A stretch of 64,000 bases of DNA from Jiangellaceae bacterium. Lineage in GTDB: Bacteria; Actinomycetota; Actinomycetes; Jiangellales; Jiangellaceae. Below, piece by piece: positions 60,582-64,000 of the stretch. The translations under genes were made by a program, and so were the position numbers. The notes under the pieces are model-generated. The model ran no database searches, was not told where the DNA came from, and worked only from the letters and a program-made list of their open reading frames with translations. The stretch lies in NCBI GenBank assembly GCA_036566745.1, contig DATCVR010000339.1, forward strand, positions 2,580 to 66,579, read 5' to 3'. Each line of letters begins with the position of its first letter. The stretch's first letter is position 1.

Positions 60582-61390
60582 CGATGGCTTCCGACGCCGA
60601 GATCCACACCCTCGCCACCCCCTACGCGCTGCACGCGTTGCCCGCCGACGAGGTCGAGCTGTTCGAGCGGCACCTGGCTGAGTGCTCGGCGTGCCGGAGC
60701 GAGGTCGACGAGATCCGCGAGACCTCCTCGCGACTGGGCCTGGCCATGACCACCACGCCGCCACCCGAGCTGAAGTCCCAGGTCATGGCTCGTATCGCCG
60801 GGGTCCGTCCGTTGCCGCCGGTGCCCGAGGTGGAGTCGGACACCGCGGAGCCGGGCCGGGGGACCGGGCCGGTGGCCGGATCGGCGGACGGCGCGGGGGC
60901 CGGGCCCGCGCAGGCTCGGGCCTGGCAGCGTTGGTGGCCGCGGATCGCGACCGGGGTGGCCGCGGCCATGACGGCAGCGGTGGTGGCGCTGGCCGCGCAG
61001 CTCGCCGATGTCCGCGACGACCTCGAGCGCTCGCAGGCGATCGGGGCGCAGATGCGCGAACTCGTCGAGGCTCCGGACGTCGCGATGGTGCGTGCCTCGG
61101 ACGACGGCTCGAACGGCACGGTTCTCATGGCGCGTTCGATCGACACCGCCGTGCTGATCGCCGACGGGATGAACCCCGCGCCGGACGCGCACACCTACCA
61201 GCTGTGGTTCATCGAGGACGGCGACATGCGTTCGGCCGGGATCCTCGGCAGCGACGACGACGGCCGGCTGGGCCCGTTCACCGCGCACGGACTCGACGAT
61301 GCCGGTCAGCTGGGCATCACGGTCGAGCCCGCGGGCGGATCGGAGCAGCCCACGACCGACCCGGTGATGGTGATCGACCTCCCGGCGTGA
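60578..61390 (+). CDS. rskA: Anti-sigma-K factor RskA-like (zf-HC2 N-terminus, one TM helix, extracytoplasmic RskA domain)
   Basis: ALHALPADEVELFERHLAECSACRSEV, a TM segment (IATGVAAAMTAAVVALAA), and the C-terminal YQLWFI...GITVEPAGGS. ATGA overlap with the sigK stop. Confidence 0.8.
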   Translation: MTMASDAEIHTLATPYALHALPADEVELFERHLAECSACRSEVDEIRETSSRLGLAMTTTPPPELKSQVMARIAGVRPLPPVPEVESDTAEPGRGTGPVAGSADGAGAGPAQARAWQRWWPRIATGVAAAMTAAVVALAAQLADVRDDLERSQAIGAQMRELVEAPDVAMVRASDDGSNGTVLMARSIDTAVLIADGMNPAPDAHTYQLWFIEDGDMRSAGILGSDDDGRLGPFTAHGLDDAGQLGITVEPAGGSEQPTTDPVMVIDLPA

Positions 61391-61420
61391 GGCGGGCCCC
61401 CCGTGAGGTCGATCACCGAG

Positions 61421-62572
61421 CTACGAGCGGTAGACGATGACCTTGTCGCCGACGCTGACCTGGTCGAACAGCGAGGCGATGGCGCCGCGGTCGCGGACGT
61501 TCGCGCAGCCGTGGGACGAGCCGTTGTAGCCGTTGGCCGCGAAGTCGGCGGAGTAGTGGACCGCCTGACCGCCGCTGAAGAACATCGCGTACGGCATGGG
61601 CGTGTGGTACAGCGACGACACGTGGTCGCGCGACTTCGAGTTGACCTGGAAGGCGCCCTCGCGGGTGGGCGTGAGCTCCGAGCCGAAGCGGACGTCGAGG
61701 GTCATCAGGACCTCGCCGTTGACGACCCACCGCAGGCTGCGCGAGGTCTTGTCGATGCACAGCGCCCGGCCGGTGGTGCAGCGCGGATCGAGGCCGGCGT
61801 CGCCGCCGCCGTTGTTCTCGGACTCGCGGTTGTGCAGCTCGTCGTCGGTGGGCGTGCTGGTCATCGCCACCAGCTTGTCCCAGGTGCGCTGGTCGACCTC
61901 GCCGGTCGAGGGGATCGAACGCTTGGTCTGGAAGCCCGCGACCGCGGCGCGGGTGGTCTCGCCGTAGTCGGGCGTGACGTCGCCGCTGTACCAGCTGATC
62001 TGCTTGAGCCGCGCCTGGAGTTCACGCACCTGGTCGCCGGAATCGCCGGGACCGAGGATGGCCGGGCCGGGGACGAGGCGGTTGTGCTTCTCGTCGTCGG
62101 TGGGCGTGCGCGTCATCGCGACCAGCTTGTCCCAGGTGGCCTGGTCGACCGAACCGGTCTGCGGCAGCTCGCGCTTGCCCTGGAAGCCACTGACGGCGTC
62201 GGCGGTGACGGTGTCGTACTGACCGGTGATGTCCGGGGTGTACCAGCTGATCTGCTTGAGCCTCGACTGCAGCTCGCGCACCTGGTCGCCGTGGGTGCCG
62301 GGCGCCATGAGCAGGGCGGGGGCGGGCGGCGTGGTGGGCACCGGTGTGGTGGGAGCAGGCGTGACGGGCGGAGCCGGGACGGCCGTCGGGGTCGGGGATT
62401 CCGTCGGTGTGTCGGTCGGAGTCGGTGTGACCGAGGCGGCGCTCGACGTGCTGGGCGATGCGGTGGGTTCGTCGCCACCGAGCTGGTTGACGCCATAGGC
62501 GGCGCCCGCAGCCACGGCAACGGCGGCCAGGGCCGCAACGATGCCCGTGCCGATCCTTCTACCTCGTGCCAC
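61421..62572 (-). CDS. L,D-transpeptidase with two peptidoglycan-binding (PG_binding_1) domains
   Basis: N-terminal TM anchor, Pro/Thr-rich linker, two GDQVRELQ.RLKQISWY repeats, and the YkuD catalytic motif SSHGCANV. Confidence 0.85.
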   Translation of the reverse strand: MARGRRIGTGIVAALAAVAVAAGAAYGVNQLGGDEPTASPSTSSAASVTPTPTDTPTESPTPTAVPAPPVTPAPTTPVPTTPPAPALLMAPGTHGDQVRELQSRLKQISWYTPDITGQYDTVTADAVSGFQGKRELPQTGSVDQATWDKLVAMTRTPTDDEKHNRLVPGPAILGPGDSGDQVRELQARLKQISWYSGDVTPDYGETTRAAVAGFQTKRSIPSTGEVDQRTWDKLVAMTSTPTDDELHNRESENNGGGDAGLDPRCTTGRALCIDKTSRSLRWVVNGEVLMTLDVRFGSELTPTREGAFQVNSKSRDHVSSLYHTPMPYAMFFSGGQAVHYSADFAANGYNGSSHGCANVRDRGAIASLFDQVSVGDKVIVYRS

Positions 62573-62675
62573 GATCCTGTGTCCTTCCTCCCGGAACGGC
62601 GCCCGTCACGCCGCCCCCAACCGGGATGACGCCTATGGTGCCGGTCAGGTTGCGTCGATTGCACCAAGATCTGTA

Positions 62676-63185
62676 TTACGACTCGGTCTCGACGGATCTG
62701 AACGCTTGATAGGCGCGAGCTGAGAAGAGTACGAACCGCGCGAGCTCCACCCGTGTCGGCGTAGACCGTACCGTGTGGACGGCGATTCGGGCAGCGCCGT
62801 CCATCGGCCAGCCGAAGATTCCCGCCGACACGGCCGGAAAGGCCATCGTCGCGGCGCCCAGCTCGTCGGCCACGCGCAACGCTTCGCGGTAACACGACGC
62901 GAGCAGGTCCGGATCGTTCTGGCCGGCCCGGCGATCGGGACCCACGACGTGGACGACCCAGCGCGCCGGCAGGTCCCCGGCCGTGGTCCAGCCGGCCTGG
63001 CCGGTGGGCAGGCCGTCGGGGAATCGCCGTACGCAGTCGGCCAGGATCGCCGGACCTCCGGCTCGGTGGATCGCCCCGTCGACCCCGCCTCCGCCGCGCA
63101 TCCGGGAGTCGGCGGCGTTCACGATGACGTCCACGTGCTGGGTCGTGATGTCGCCCTGGACGTACTCGAGTTCCATGTCATCCAT
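62676..63185 (-). CDS. Macro-domain protein (O-acetyl-ADP-ribose deacetylase / ADP-ribose-binding)
   Basis: [34 protein letters not shown] and [12 protein letters not shown]. The 428-aa ORF is trimmed to MDDMELEY. Confidence 0.8.
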   Translation of the reverse strand: MDDMELEYVQGDITTQHVDVIVNAADSRMRGGGGVDGAIHRAGGPAILADCVRRFPDGLPTGQAGWTTAGDLPARWVVHVVGPDRRAGQNDPDLLASCYREALRVADELGAATMAFPAVSAGIFGWPMDGAARIAVHTVRSTPTRVELARFVLFSARAYQAFRSVETES

Positions 63186-63284
63186 GGTGGCCGGAATGGA
63201 ACGGCCCCGGAATCCGGCACCCGCGCCGGGCCGGACCGCCGCGAGTGGGACCATGAGCGGGGCGGCGCGAAGGGAGTACCCACG

Positions 63285-64000
63285 GTGACTGGCTCGAACC
63301 GCGGCTCGGTTCCGCGCCGCGTGGCGATGCTCAGTGTCCACACCTCCCCCCTGGACCAACCCGGTTCCGGCGACGCCGGTGGCCTGAACGTGTACGTCGT
63401 CGAGCTGGCCCGTCGCCTCACGCGTCACGACGTCGAGGTCGAGATCTTCACCCGCGCCATCGCCTCCGACCAGCCGCCCGTGGTCGAGGCGGCTCCCGGG
63501 GTCCTCGTCCGGCACGTCATGGCCGGGCCGTTCGAGACGCTCCCCAAGGAGGAGATGCCGGCCCAGCTGTGCGCCTTCGCCTCCGGCGTGCTGCGAGCCG
63601 AGGCGGCCCACGAACCCGGGTGGTACGACGTCGTCCACTCGCACTACTGGCTCGCCGGCCAGGTCGGCTGGCTGGCCAGCGAGCGGTGGGGCGTCCCGCT
63701 GATCCACTCGATGCACACGATGGCCCGCGTGAAGAATCTCGCGATCGCCGACGACGACCTGCCCGAGCCGCCCGCGCGCGAGCTGGGTGAGCAACAGGTC
63801 GTCGAGGCGGCCGATCGGCTCGTGGCCAACACCGACGACGAGGCCACGGCGCTGATCGAGCTCTACCGGGCGCCGCCGGACAAAGTCGTGACGATCGCTC
63901 CCGGCGTCGACCTCGACGTGTTCTCGCCCGGGTCCCGGGCCGAGGCGCGGGCCCGCCACCACCTGCCGGCCGATGCCGTGGTGGTGCTCTTCGTGGGCCG
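63285..64000 (+). CDS. mshA: D-inositol-3-phosphate glycosyltransferase (mycothiol biosynthesis), 5' part; continues past the window end
   Basis: Read directly from the sequence; it is absent from the ORF track because there is no stop in the window. [31 protein letters not shown]..., [14 protein letters not shown] at 63285 after AGGGAG. Confidence 0.85.
   Translation, partial: MTGSNRGSVPRRVAMLSVHTSPLDQPGSGDAGGLNVYVVELARRLTRHDVEVEIFTRAIASDQPPVVEAAPGVLVRHVMAGPFETLPKEEMPAQLCAFASGVLRAEAAHEPGWYDVVHSHYWLAGQVGWLASERWGVPLIHSMHTMARVKNLAIADDDLPEPPARELGEQQVVEAADRLVANTDDEATALIELYRAPPDKVVTIAPGVDLDVFSPGSRAEARARHHLPADAVVVLFVG

Noticed and set aside
1-64000. Searched for CRISPR arrays, tRNA/rRNA genes, transposases, integrases, prophage or classical defence-system genes.
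   Set aside because: I found no regularly spaced repeats, no cloverleaf-like conserved segments in the intergenic gaps, and no ORF with transposase, integrase, restriction or toxin-antitoxin signatures. This was an eye scan only; tRNAscan and Rfam were not run.

Overview
High-GC (about 70% by eye, not computed) actinobacterial chromosome segment; lineage markers are lsr2, mshA, sigK/rskA and type III coaX. I saw no rRNA, tRNA, CRISPR array, transposase or integrase. Layout: (1) 1-9.1 kb, housekeeping and regulators: nadC 3' end, coaX, an ECF41-type sigma factor with its textbook TGTCACA-N16-CGTC target promoter in front of a divergent epimerase, a CE7 esterase, a STAS protein, lysS, a GNAT, lsr2, and a degenerate prephenate-dehydratase paralog coupled to pheA. 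(2) About 9.2-50.6 kb, a large L-rhamnose/rhamnoside utilisation island. It holds two cytoplasmic GH78 rhamnosidases, a secreted about 1000-aa clan-GH-A-like enzyme, an unassignable 674-aa protein, the phosphorylative pathway (rhaI, rhaM, rhaEW, rhaB plus a split ABC importer), parts of the non-phosphorylative pathway (rhamnonate dehydratase, lactonase, FAH hydrolase, lldD/lldR), a second RhmD paralog, and an IclR-controlled six-gene operon of unknown substrate. A TGAAWCG-core LacI-type operator recurs directly downstream of TTGAC-type promoters at six or more transcription units. (3) 50.6-64 kb: an orphan TPR protein, a fused 1249-aa ABC exporter with a degenerate first ATP site, a SigK-RskA module with cfa synthase, a fasciclin lipoprotein and a frameshifted molybdopterin oxidoreductase sharing a CAATCC-N16-CGAA promoter motif, an L,D-transpeptidase, a macro-domain protein, and the mshA 5' part. 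Best candidates for undescribed biology are the operon LuxR-solo/amidohydrolase/unknown 674-aa protein/GH78, the secreted enzyme that shares a repeated module with that GH78, and the IclR-controlled operon. All family calls come from reading motifs in the translations. No database search was possible.
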